Virus record (IMG/VR): IMGVR_UViG_3300048930_001331
DNA length: 20,000 bases
Strand: one strand, 5' to 3'
DNA from: an uncultured virus (IMG/VR IMGVR_UViG_3300048930_001331)
Taxonomy: Duplodnaviria > Heunggongvirae > Uroviricota > Caudoviricetes
Shown: in pieces, positions 7,922 through 15,124 of the stretch
How positions within the stretch are numbered: position 1 is the first letter of the stretch
Layout of the letters: each line of letters begins with the position of its first letter
Notes under the pieces: model-generated
What the model was told of the DNA's origin: nothing
What the model saw: the letters and a program-made list of their open reading frames with translations, nothing else
Database searches by the model: none
Position numbers and translations under genes: made by a program

Positions 7922-8409
7922 CACTTCTGCTTCGGTAGATTTTCTTTCTGACCGCGCAGGTGCTCGTTGTCCCACGCCTGACCCATCGGGGTATCGAGGT
8001 CCCATGGGTTCTTGTCTTTCGGCTCGCCTGACTTGCCCGCGACATAGCCGCGAGCGCCAGCGTCAGCGATGAGCTGCTCCTCGGATTGCTCCTCGGATTG
8101 CGGAATTTCCGCCAGCTCCTTGTAAACCGGGATGTTCATGTGGCCGGCGTATTCGCGGATTGTCTCAAGCTCCTCAGCCAACTCGGGCCGGGTGTAACCA
8201 GCCATCCGCTTCACACGATCGTAGGCCGCGAGATCAAGGCCGGCTTCCTTGGCCTGCTTCCGCACGGTCCGCAGATCACTGACCGCCTTGTCCTTCTTGC
8301 GCTCGGCGGATGAGATGTCGCGATGCAGCTTGAAGAACTGATCGGACGAAAGCTTGCTGTTGTGACCGATATCGGAGCCGTCCTCGGCCTCCGCATTACG
8401 ACGACCCAT
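7921..8409 (-). CDS. GapR (DUF2312)-like N-terminal domain fused to an Rmf/CrpP-like C-terminal motif
   Basis: IGHNS..ERKKDKAVSDLRTVRKQAKEAGLDLAAYDRVKRM..AEELETIREYAGHM resembles GapR; RGYVAGKSGEPKDKNPW..GQAWDNEHLRG resembles Rmf (RGYxAGxxG..CPY..W..GW..G); GGGAG upstream. Confidence 0.65.
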   Translation of the reverse strand: MGRRNAEAEDGSDIGHNSKLSSDQFFKLHRDISSAERKKDKAVSDLRTVRKQAKEAGLDLAAYDRVKRMAGYTRPELAEELETIREYAGHMNIPVYKELAEIPQSEEQSEEQLIADAGARGYVAGKSGEPKDKNPWDLDTPMGQAWDNEHLRGQKENLPKQK

Positions 8410-8797
8410 TTGCTATCTCCCGTTCTTGGCGCAGTGTTCGTCCCACCACGCGCAGATCCATTCGCGGATCGCTTTCAGCAGCCGCATTTCGATTTTTCCG
8501 CATTTCGATTGCACGATCGCGGCGACCGGCCGCATCGGACTCCACCCGCTCGCACAGGCGGATGTATTCCTGACGGATGCGCTCACCCGTCGACCAACGC
8601 GGTTCTTTGGCCTCCGCATTGTCGTTCACGAACTTACGCAACCAGTTCGCAGACACACCGAGGCGGCGCGCTACGAGCCCGTAGGCATTCAGCTTGGAGT
8701 TCGATTGAACCTTGGCGTGGGCAACGATGTACCCAGCCTCGGCCCGCAATTCGGCTACGCTGGACATTGGCGATTTTTCGACAGAATTACTCGACAC
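8396..8797 (-). CDS. HTH transcriptional regulator in CII position
   Basis: AYGLVARRLGVSANWLRKFV HTH-like; likely GTG start 8797 after AAGGA; downstream of cro-like gene. Confidence 0.6.
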   Translation of the reverse strand: MSSNSVEKSPMSSVAELRAEAGYIVAHAKVQSNSKLNAYGLVARRLGVSANWLRKFVNDNAEAKEPRWSTGERIRQEYIRLCERVESDAAGRRDRAIEMRKNRNAAAESDPRMDLRVVGRTLRQEREIANGSS

Positions 8798-8806
8798 AGC
8801 GACAAT

Positions 8807-8836
8807 CCTTTCGGCGATGGTGAAATCACCGAAAGG
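8807..8836 (-). promoter_or_regulatory. RNA hairpin covering the putative RBS of the CII-position gene
   Basis: - strand CCTTTCGGTGAT-ttcacc-ATCGCCGAAAGG, 12-bp stem with one G-U; 3' arm contains AAGG ending 9 nt before GTG 8797. Confidence 0.55.
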
Positions 8837-8993
8837 GACCGAGCAAACATGCTTGGCGGCTGAGATGCCCGGTCGTGAGTGAAGTGATGGATGACGAAAA
8901 GGCCCAGACACCTCCCCATCCGGGGGAGCGCGAGCGCTACGACGTCGAAGAATTGAAGGCGCTCAAACAGCGCGGGGATAGAAAGCGCAGACC

Positions 8994-9215
8994 TCATGCG
9001 GCTGACCGCTCCTCGGCAGAGAAGCCATCATGAAGGCGCTGATACATGGACAGGGTGATTGATCGCTTTCCGGCGGCCAGATCATCGAGGACGCGGCGAT
9101 CGTTGACGATTTTCTTCGTCAGAGCGCCAACGGTGATGCCGGCGCTTCTCGCAACATCCTTGGCCCGGCGAAGGGTCAGCCGCACCAGCTCTTTCTCGGA
9201 CGGGATATCCTGCAT
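8994..9215 (-). CDS. Cro-like repressor
   Basis: Small basic HTH (ARSAGITVGALTKKIVNDRRVLDDLAAGKRSITL) divergent from cI; ATG 9215. Confidence 0.75.
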   Translation of the reverse strand: MQDIPSEKELVRLTLRRAKDVARSAGITVGALTKKIVNDRRVLDDLAAGKRSITLSMYQRLHDGFSAEERSAA

Positions 9216-9251
9216 GGGTGGAAATATGCACAGACCTTCCACCGTTCGCAA
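9216..9251 (-). promoter_or_regulatory. Sigma70-type promoter for the cro operon, probably leaderless
   Basis: - strand TTGCGA (9251-9246), 17 nt, CATATT (9228-9223), 7 nt, ATG 9215; no SD. Confidence 0.6.
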
Positions 9252-9312
9252 GTGTTTTTTCGCGGAAATTTACACCGATTGTTCCACACCGTTGGAACGG
9301 GCAAATATCCGC
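9218..9312. promoter_or_regulatory. Three 14-bp operator-like imperfect palindromes (OR-like)
   Basis: GTGGAAATATGCAC 9218-9231, GCGGAAATTTACAC 9262-9275, GGGCAAATATCCGC 9299-9312. Confidence 0.75.
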
Positions 9313-9314
9313 AC

Positions 9315-10001
9315 ATGAACGAGTCGAAATCCCCACGCCAAAAGGCCCGACAGGAAGCCAAGGAGCTGACCTGGAGCACTCAAGTCGAGCGCCTCGAGCA
9401 GGCGATGGCGGCAGCCGGCACCAATCCCACCAGACTGGCAAAAGACGCAGGACAGACCATCACGTATTTCCGGGACTTTGTCCTCGGCCGAAAAAAGTCC
9501 ATCGATGCGGCGGTTTACGCGCGCGCGGCTGAAATCCTTCGCGCTGACCTGGCTTGGCTGTCCGCGTCGGATTCTGGGAGGGCTCCCGAGAGGCGTCCGG
9601 AACCAGAGCCATCAAATCAGATGTTGCCGCTCCTTGGCCTCGCCACCGGCGGCGCAGACGGGCGGTTGATATTCTCGGGAGAGGCCTTGGATGAACTGGC
9701 GCGGCCGCCGCAGCTCATGAAGGTCAAGAACGCATACGCTGTCGCAATCTCCGGTGAAAGCATGGAACCGCGCTATCGCCCTGGCGAGATTGTGTACGTG
9801 AACCCATCGAGACCCGCTCGACGGGGCGATGACGTGGTCGTCCAGGTCATGCAGAGCGGCGAGCTGTCAGGCTTCGTGAAAGAGTTCATTTCGCGTGACG
9901 ACAACAAGCTGGTCGTGCGTCAGTTCAACCCTAAGAAAACCCTGACTTTCCGAGCGAACGACGTGCAAGACGTCCACGTCATAGAATTCGCGACACGCTG
10001 A
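9315..10001 (+). CDS. cI: CI-like phage repressor (HTH + S24 autopeptidase)
   Basis: HTH (AGTNPTRLAKDAGQTITYFRDFVLGRKKSI..AEILRADLAWL), LPLLGLATGG cleavage region, catalytic Ser ISGESMEP and Lys FVKEF; ATG 9315. Confidence 0.92.
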   Translation: MNESKSPRQKARQEAKELTWSTQVERLEQAMAAAGTNPTRLAKDAGQTITYFRDFVLGRKKSIDAAVYARAAEILRADLAWLSASDSGRAPERRPEPEPSNQMLPLLGLATGGADGRLIFSGEALDELARPPQLMKVKNAYAVAISGESMEPRYRPGEIVYVNPSRPARRGDDVVVQVMQSGELSGFVKEFISRDDNKLVVRQFNPKKTLTFRANDVQDVHVIEFATR

Positions 10002-10304
10002 CCGCGCTATAACCACAATAAACAGTGGGAATCTTTATTACGGAAGAGTCTGTGGATGTCTGCGCGCCCCGGAGGGGCGCTCGCACCGAGCAACCGATAC
10101 CCACTCGGACTGAGTATTTATCCACCAGATAAAGAGAGATGGGCGGCGAAAAATCCACCTGTCAAGAACATTATTTTTTCGGCACCGGATATCGACAGGC
10201 CGATCCCGGTCGCGAACCTACAAGGTCTTGTGGTTCCGGGCCTAACGGATGTATAGCTCTTGTATGAAACAGCGCATCCGAGGAAATTTCGGATGCCTAC
10301 ATTG

Positions 10305-10349
10305 AGCCCCGGCAGCCTGCGGCTGACCGGGGCTTCTGTTTGGTATTTT
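10305..10349 (+). terminator. Putative Rho-independent terminator upstream of the PL-like promoter
   Basis: AGCCCCGG-CAGCC-tgc-GGCTG-a-CCGGGGCT hairpin followed by TCTGTTTGGTATTTT. Confidence 0.6.
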
Positions 10350-10357
10350 GATCCGCA

Positions 10358-10410
10358 CTGGATATTTCCACTATTCCGCGCTTGACAACGGCGGATATTT
10401 CCACCATTTT
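10358..10410 (+). promoter_or_regulatory. PL-like promoter with two operators
   Basis: TTGACA 10382-10387, 17 nt, CATTTT 10405-10410; operators CTGGATATTTCCAC 10358-10371 and GCGGATATTTCCAC 10391-10404 (in the spacer). Confidence 0.8.
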
Positions 10411-10434
10411 GCACGAAAGGGTGGATGAAACGAC

Positions 10435-10578
10435 ATGCCAAGTGCACTCCAGAACACCACTGAACCGCTCACAGCCTGCGCGCTTCAGCAACCAAACAGC
10501 ATCGCCGTGGCGATCTTCGTGGCGATGGTTTTCGGCGTCTTCATAGCCTTCATCTTCAGCCTGCTGGTGCGCCGATGA
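10435..10578 (+). CDS. Small single-pass membrane protein (47 aa)
   Basis: MPSALQNTTEPLTACALQQPNSIAVAIFVAMVFGVFIAFIFSLLVRR; stop overlaps next ATG (ATGA); not in the ORF track. Confidence 0.6.
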   Translation: MPSALQNTTEPLTACALQQPNSIAVAIFVAMVFGVFIAFIFSLLVRR

Positions 10579-11639
10579 CCGAGGCGCCGCTCTCTCCGAG
10601 ACACCCCAGACAGCACGACGACGGCGTCTATTTTGGCCTTCCGGCTGATGAGTACCACAACGACTCAGCGCTCGGATCGCACGACATCGGCAACCTCATG
10701 AAGCATCCCGCCGAGTATTGGTGGAATTCGTACCTGAACCCTGTTCACGAGTCCTACGAGACTGACTTCCTGAAGTGGGGGACAGCCTTTCACTCGATCA
10801 TCTGTGAAGGCCGGGATGCCTTCGAGGCGCGATACTATCGCGGCCCAGCCAAGTCCGACTTTCAAGAGCTGCTCGTTACCATGGACGACATGAAGCGCTG
10901 GCTTCATCTTCGTGGATTTGCTGTTTCCGGGAAGAAGGATGAGCTGACGAAGCGCGTTCTCAACGCTGATCCCAATGCTCCTGTATGGGACGAGATCGTC
11001 CGCAAGGCGGAGACGCTCGCTGATGGACGGATAGTCCTCGCGCCCGACGTCTATGACAGCGTCTCGATCTCCAGCAAGATGATCACCAAGAATCCGTCTT
11101 GCGCGAAGGCCTTCACGAACGGCTACCCCGAGGTGTCGGTGTTTTGGACCGACGAGCATGGTGTGCGGCTGAAGGCGCGCATGGACTACCTTCGTCTCCG
11201 TGCTGTGGTCGATCTGAAGAGCTTCAGAAGCTGGCGTAATGTCCCAAAGACACAAGCCATTCGCGATGCGATCCGGAACTACAATTACGACATCCAGGCC
11301 GCGCACTACTGCGACGCGCGCCAGAAGATTGCGGGTCTCATTGAAGCCGGAAGTGTGAAGGGTGAGGTTCATTCAGCGTGGCTCGACCGCTTCGTCGAGC
11401 TTGCAGATCAACCCTTCCGGTACGTCTGGATTTTCTATCAGGCCGAGGGCGCACCGATCGCGCTGCGTCGCGACTACCTGCCTGAGGCTCCATATCACGA
11501 GCGCGCTCAATTCGAGATCAGGACTGCGCTCGAAGCCTATCGCAGAAACATGAATGTGTTCGGCACCGACATCTGGGTCGATGTGTCCGAACCCGAAGTG
11601 ATGGCCGATGAAGATATGCCGACGAGGATGGCGGTATGA
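10575..11639 (+). CDS. PD-(D/E)XK exonuclease, RecE/ExoVIII (DUF3799)-like, with SAP-like insert
   Basis: GVYFGLPADEYH, WGTAFHSII, PEVSVFW, LKARMDYL, VVDLKS, YDIQAAHY; upstream of recT. Confidence 0.85.
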   Translation: MTEAPLSPRHPRQHDDGVYFGLPADEYHNDSALGSHDIGNLMKHPAEYWWNSYLNPVHESYETDFLKWGTAFHSIICEGRDAFEARYYRGPAKSDFQELLVTMDDMKRWLHLRGFAVSGKKDELTKRVLNADPNAPVWDEIVRKAETLADGRIVLAPDVYDSVSISSKMITKNPSCAKAFTNGYPEVSVFWTDEHGVRLKARMDYLRLRAVVDLKSFRSWRNVPKTQAIRDAIRNYNYDIQAAHYCDARQKIAGLIEAGSVKGEVHSAWLDRFVELADQPFRYVWIFYQAEGAPIALRRDYLPEAPYHERAQFEIRTALEAYRRNMNVFGTDIWVDVSEPEVMADEDMPTRMAV

Positions 11640-11980
11640 CCGTGGACGTATTAACCGAAGAGCGGATTATCGACGCGCTCGCGAAGGCGATGTCCCTCTC
11701 GTGCCGCATGACGCTCAACCCCCTTCGGGAGGCGGGCGTTGTCACCGGCGAGCAGTATATCGAATTGACGCTCAGGGCTTACATTCGCACGCTGGCGTGC
11801 GGTCACGCCGCTGCGGTTAACTGCTCTACCGAGGAGCAGAAGGTCGCCAATACAGCAAGGATGATTGAGACCCTTGTCGAAGACATGGCCGTCAAGGTTG
11901 ACGGTACCATTCACCTATCCCGGCAAGATATCGAAGCCGCCCTCCTGAGCGCGATCACTGTCGGGGCGGCTAAATGCTGA
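11636..11980 (+). CDS. Hypothetical protein
   Basis: ATGA coupling with the previous gene; overlaps next start. Confidence 0.7.
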   Translation: MTVDVLTEERIIDALAKAMSLSCRMTLNPLREAGVVTGEQYIELTLRAYIRTLACGHAAAVNCSTEEQKVANTARMIETLVEDMAVKVDGTIHLSRQDIEAALLSAITVGAAKC

Positions 11981-12651
11981 TCCGCGTCGTCGATCTGGAA
12001 ACCACTGGCCTTGAGCCCCCGGCCATGCCCGTCGAGCTTGGATGGTGCGACATCAAGGACAGGTTGATATTCGGGACCGGCTTTCGATTTTTCGATCCCG
12101 GTCATCCGATTCCGCCAGAATGTTCGGCGATCCACCACATCGTCGATGATGGTGTGAAGGGGCAACCGTCATTCGACGAACTCACCCGGTGGGAGGCTGA
12201 TGTCTATGTCGCGCACAGCGCCCAATTCGAGGCTCAGTGGCTCACCGAGCGCATTATCGGCGACGCGCCATGGGTCTGCACCTACAAGTGCGCGCTAAGG
12301 CTCTGGCCGGAAGCACCGTCGCATAGCAATCAGGCCCTCCGCTACTGGCTGCGCCTTGAGCTTAATCCGGCTCTGGCAATGCCGCCACACCGCGCTGGAC
12401 CGGACGCGTACATCACCGCTCATATCTTTTTAGAGATGCTTCACACCACCCCGATTGAGACGCTGATCGCGTGGTCGAGAGAGCCGGCGATGCTTCCGCG
12501 GATCACCTTCGGCAAGCACTCCGGATCAAAGTGGTCGGAGATCCCCGAGGACTATCTGCGCTGGATGACCAACCAGCGCGACATGGACCCGGACTCCGTT
12601 TTTTGCGCGCAGACCGAGATCGCCAAGCGCGAAGCCGGAATGCCTTTTTGA
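11974..12651 (+). CDS. exoX: DEDDh 3'-5' exonuclease, exodeoxyribonuclease X-like with DUF3820-like tail
   Basis: VVDLETTG, SAIHHI, VAHSAQFE, CTYKCALRLWPEAPSHSNQALRY, HRAGPDAY, FGKHSG..WSEIPEDYLRW. Confidence 0.87.
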   Translation: MLIRVVDLETTGLEPPAMPVELGWCDIKDRLIFGTGFRFFDPGHPIPPECSAIHHIVDDGVKGQPSFDELTRWEADVYVAHSAQFEAQWLTERIIGDAPWVCTYKCALRLWPEAPSHSNQALRYWLRLELNPALAMPPHRAGPDAYITAHIFLEMLHTTPIETLIAWSREPAMLPRITFGKHSGSKWSEIPEDYLRWMTNQRDMDPDSVFCAQTEIAKREAGMPF

Positions 12652-12662
12652 GTGAGGAACAG

Positions 12663-13577
12663 ATGACTGAAGAGAGCAAGACCGAGCGCGCACTCGCGCC
12701 CCGAGCAGCTAACAGTGTGATGATGGGCAGCGCTGCCGGGCAGTCCTTCAATCCCGCCACGCTTCGTGATGTGCTGGACTTCGGCCGCATCATGGCCGGC
12801 TCTGGCGCGATGGTCCCGCCATTTTGCCGGGACAACCCTGGCGCATGCTGCGGCGTAACGCTTCGTGCCCTGCAATGGGGGCTCGATCCATTCTCGGTCG
12901 CCAGCAAGGCCTATCAGGTCAATGGAGGCATCATCGCCTACGAGGCCCAGCTGATCCATGCCGTGATCAACACGCGGGCCGGACTCGTCGATGATCTGCA
13001 CGTGACCTACGAGGGTGAAGGCGAGGAACGACGTTGCACGGTCTCTGGTGCGCTCAATCGCGGCTCGAAGAAGGTCCGGACCTACACCTCACCGATGGTG
13101 AAGGAAATCAAGGTCAAGAACTCACCACTCTGGAAGAGCGATCCGGATCAGCAGCTCCACTACTTCGCCACCCGGAATTGGGCACGCCGCTGGTGTCCGG
13201 AGGTTCTCCTCGGCGCCTATACGCGCGAGGAAATCGAGACCGGAGCTATCACGGATGCGGATCGAGTCGAAGCCATCGAGCACAAGACGCAGCCGGACGT
13301 ACTGGACGACGATGCGATCGCCGATCCGGATGAGCCGTTGCCGAGTGCGCCGCTGTCGGCCCGCATGTCGTTCAAGCTCGAAAAGTGCCTGACCGAAGAT
13401 GAGCTGAAGGCGGCTCAACTCGGCTTTGAGCCGGAACTGGATGCGGCCGACAAGGAGCAGCGCAAGGTCCTGCGCGGGCTCTACGCCGCGCACCTGAAGC
13501 GCGTCCGCGGTGAATCTGATCCTGACAAGGTGCTTGCTTGGTCGAAGGAGTTTCGGAAGCCGGTCGAGGCCGCCTGA
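12663..13577 (+). CDS. recT: RecT-family single-strand annealing protein
   Basis: ALQWGLDPFSVASKAY..IAYEAQLIHAVIN..NSPLWKSDPDQQLHYFATRNWARRWCPEVLLGAYTREE; ATG 12663 after GAGGA. Confidence 0.9.
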   Translation: MTEESKTERALAPRAANSVMMGSAAGQSFNPATLRDVLDFGRIMAGSGAMVPPFCRDNPGACCGVTLRALQWGLDPFSVASKAYQVNGGIIAYEAQLIHAVINTRAGLVDDLHVTYEGEGEERRCTVSGALNRGSKKVRTYTSPMVKEIKVKNSPLWKSDPDQQLHYFATRNWARRWCPEVLLGAYTREEIETGAITDADRVEAIEHKTQPDVLDDDAIADPDEPLPSAPLSARMSFKLEKCLTEDELKAAQLGFEPELDAADKEQRKVLRGLYAAHLKRVRGESDPDKVLAWSKEFRKPVEAA

Positions 13578-13954
13578 TGACCTTTGTCGGATTCCGTGAA
13601 CCGCGCGAGACCTCGCCGAAGCATCTCGTCTTTGTGCGCAAGTTGCCGTGCGTTGACTGTATGCGGGAGCCGTGCGGCGAGGCTGCGCACGTTCGTATGG
13701 GCGACCTGGAACGCGGCGAACGATGGTTCGGGAAGGCCGAAAGGCCGCACGATCGGCGAGCCGTGCCACTTTGTCGCCGGTGCCACCTCGACAAGCCGGA
13801 TGCTCAGCATCGGATGAACGAGGAAGTTTATTGGGAACGACTCGGCATCAACCCGCTCGATCTCGCGCGAGCGATTTGGCAGCACCGCGACGAAGGTCTC
13901 GAGGTCTGCCGCAAGATCGTGATCGCGTTCCGTCTGGGAAGGAAGATCGCATGA
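13577..13954 (+). CDS. DUF968-like HNH-type Zn-binding nuclease
   Basis: HLVFVRKLPCVDC..AAHVR..HDRRAVPLCRRCH..QH..E..YW; TGATG coupling to recT. Confidence 0.78.
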   Translation: MTFVGFREPRETSPKHLVFVRKLPCVDCMREPCGEAAHVRMGDLERGERWFGKAERPHDRRAVPLCRRCHLDKPDAQHRMNEEVYWERLGINPLDLARAIWQHRDEGLEVCRKIVIAFRLGRKIA

Positions 13955-14037
13955 CCATCCGGCTTAACGTCGTCGCGCTCTGGCTGTCGATCATCGTGAT
14001 CACGGTCGTTTCGATTTTTGGAGACATCTTCCGATGA
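13951..14037 (+). CDS. Very small membrane peptide (28 aa)
   Basis: MTIRLNVVALWLSIIVITVVSIFGDIFR; ATGA overlaps at both ends; GGAAG upstream. Confidence 0.6.
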   Translation: MTIRLNVVALWLSIIVITVVSIFGDIFR

Positions 14038-14633
14038 GTGTTGAAGCATTTCCGCTCCAGTGGCCGGACGGTTGGCCCCGCACGCCTTACGGGCGGCGCG
14101 AGAGCGACCGTAGATTCGGCGGCACCAGCCAGATCACGATGGGTCGAGCGCGCGACCAGCTACTCGAAGAGCTGAAACGTCTTCGCGCGACGAACCCGAT
14201 CATCTCCTCCAACATCGCGCTGCGCCGCGACGGCATTCCCTATGCCGATCAGCGCCGACTCGATGACCCAGGCGTCGCCGTCTACTTCACTCTTCGGAAT
14301 AAGCCGATGGTGATGGCGCGCGACGCCTACCAGACTGTCGCTGGCAACCTGCGCTCACTCACCCTTGCGATCGAGGCGATGCGCCAGCTCGAACGTCACG
14401 GTGGCAGCACCATGATGGAGCGCGCCTTCAGTGGATTTGCGGCGCTCACGCCACCCGACTGGAAGAAGCCGTGGCGGCAAGTCTTTGGCGTAAAGCCCGA
14501 CTGGCGAGGCGACATCACGGCGCTCTACCGCGAGAAAGCGCGTAACCGCCACCCGGACGCCGGCGGCAGCGACACGGTTATGGCCGAACTCAACGTCGCT
14601 TACGAAGAGGCGAAGCAGGAGCTTGGCGTGTAA
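14034..14633 (+). CDS. Phage protein with C-terminal DnaJ J-domain
   Basis: AFPLQWPDGWPRT N-terminus, DDPGVAVYF, C-terminal ITALYREKARNRHPDAGGSDTVMAELNVAYEEA with HPD motif. Confidence 0.88.
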   Translation: MSVEAFPLQWPDGWPRTPYGRRESDRRFGGTSQITMGRARDQLLEELKRLRATNPIISSNIALRRDGIPYADQRRLDDPGVAVYFTLRNKPMVMARDAYQTVAGNLRSLTLAIEAMRQLERHGGSTMMERAFSGFAALTPPDWKKPWRQVFGVKPDWRGDITALYREKARNRHPDAGGSDTVMAELNVAYEEAKQELGV

Positions 14634-14656
14634 CGCCGGCGAGTCAGAAGAAGACC

Positions 14657-15124
14657 ATGAATGCGTTGGCAAAATCAATTGAACGAGGCCTTGTCGTGAA
14701 ATCTCCCGGAGAACGAGCATTCGATGTCATCCAGTCGATGGAGCCGAGCTATCGCCGCATGGACGCGCACCTGATTGCGCGGGCGAGCGGTCGCATGATC
14801 GAGGAGGCTGTCGAGCTGTGCCTCGCCTGCGGGCTGCATCCGAATTCAATCTTTGGCCACGTCGCGGACGCGCTTCACAATGAAGCTCGCAAGGCGTCGT
14901 GTTTCCCCACCGAACTCAGGCCCGAGCAATCAATGCACGAACGCGCGGTCGAGATTGGCGATGTGAGCAACTGCGTCGACATCATCCGTCACCTCTGCGG
15001 CATCGATCCAGCTGAGGTTGGCCTGCTGCAACAGGACAAGCTCGACAAAATGGAGGCATGGGCCGCCAGTGGTGAAGCGAAGATCATCGACGGACTTTTC
15101 TATCGAAAGGCGGCGCGCCCATGA
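14657..15124 (+). CDS. Possible MazG-like all-alpha NTP pyrophosphohydrolase
   Basis: RMIEEAVELCLACG and AVEIGDV give an EExxE...ExxD metal-binding pattern. Confidence 0.5.
   Translation: MNALAKSIERGLVVKSPGERAFDVIQSMEPSYRRMDAHLIARASGRMIEEAVELCLACGLHPNSIFGHVADALHNEARKASCFPTELRPEQSMHERAVEIGDVSNCVDIIRHLCGIDPAEVGLLQQDKLDKMEAWAASGEAKIIDGLFYRKAARP

Noticed and set aside
8912..8928. CTCCCC-atccg-GGGGAG hairpin as a tR1-like terminator
   Set aside because: Short stem without a U tract in either direction
10056..10256. 66-aa + strand ORF after cI
   Set aside because: No clear SD or motif; the region is better explained by hairpins and operator-like sites
10665..11372. 235-aa - strand ORF, and similar antisense ORFs (5005-5658, 13122-13769, 18834-19526)
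   Set aside because: Antisense shadows of well-supported genes; no SD, motifs or operon context
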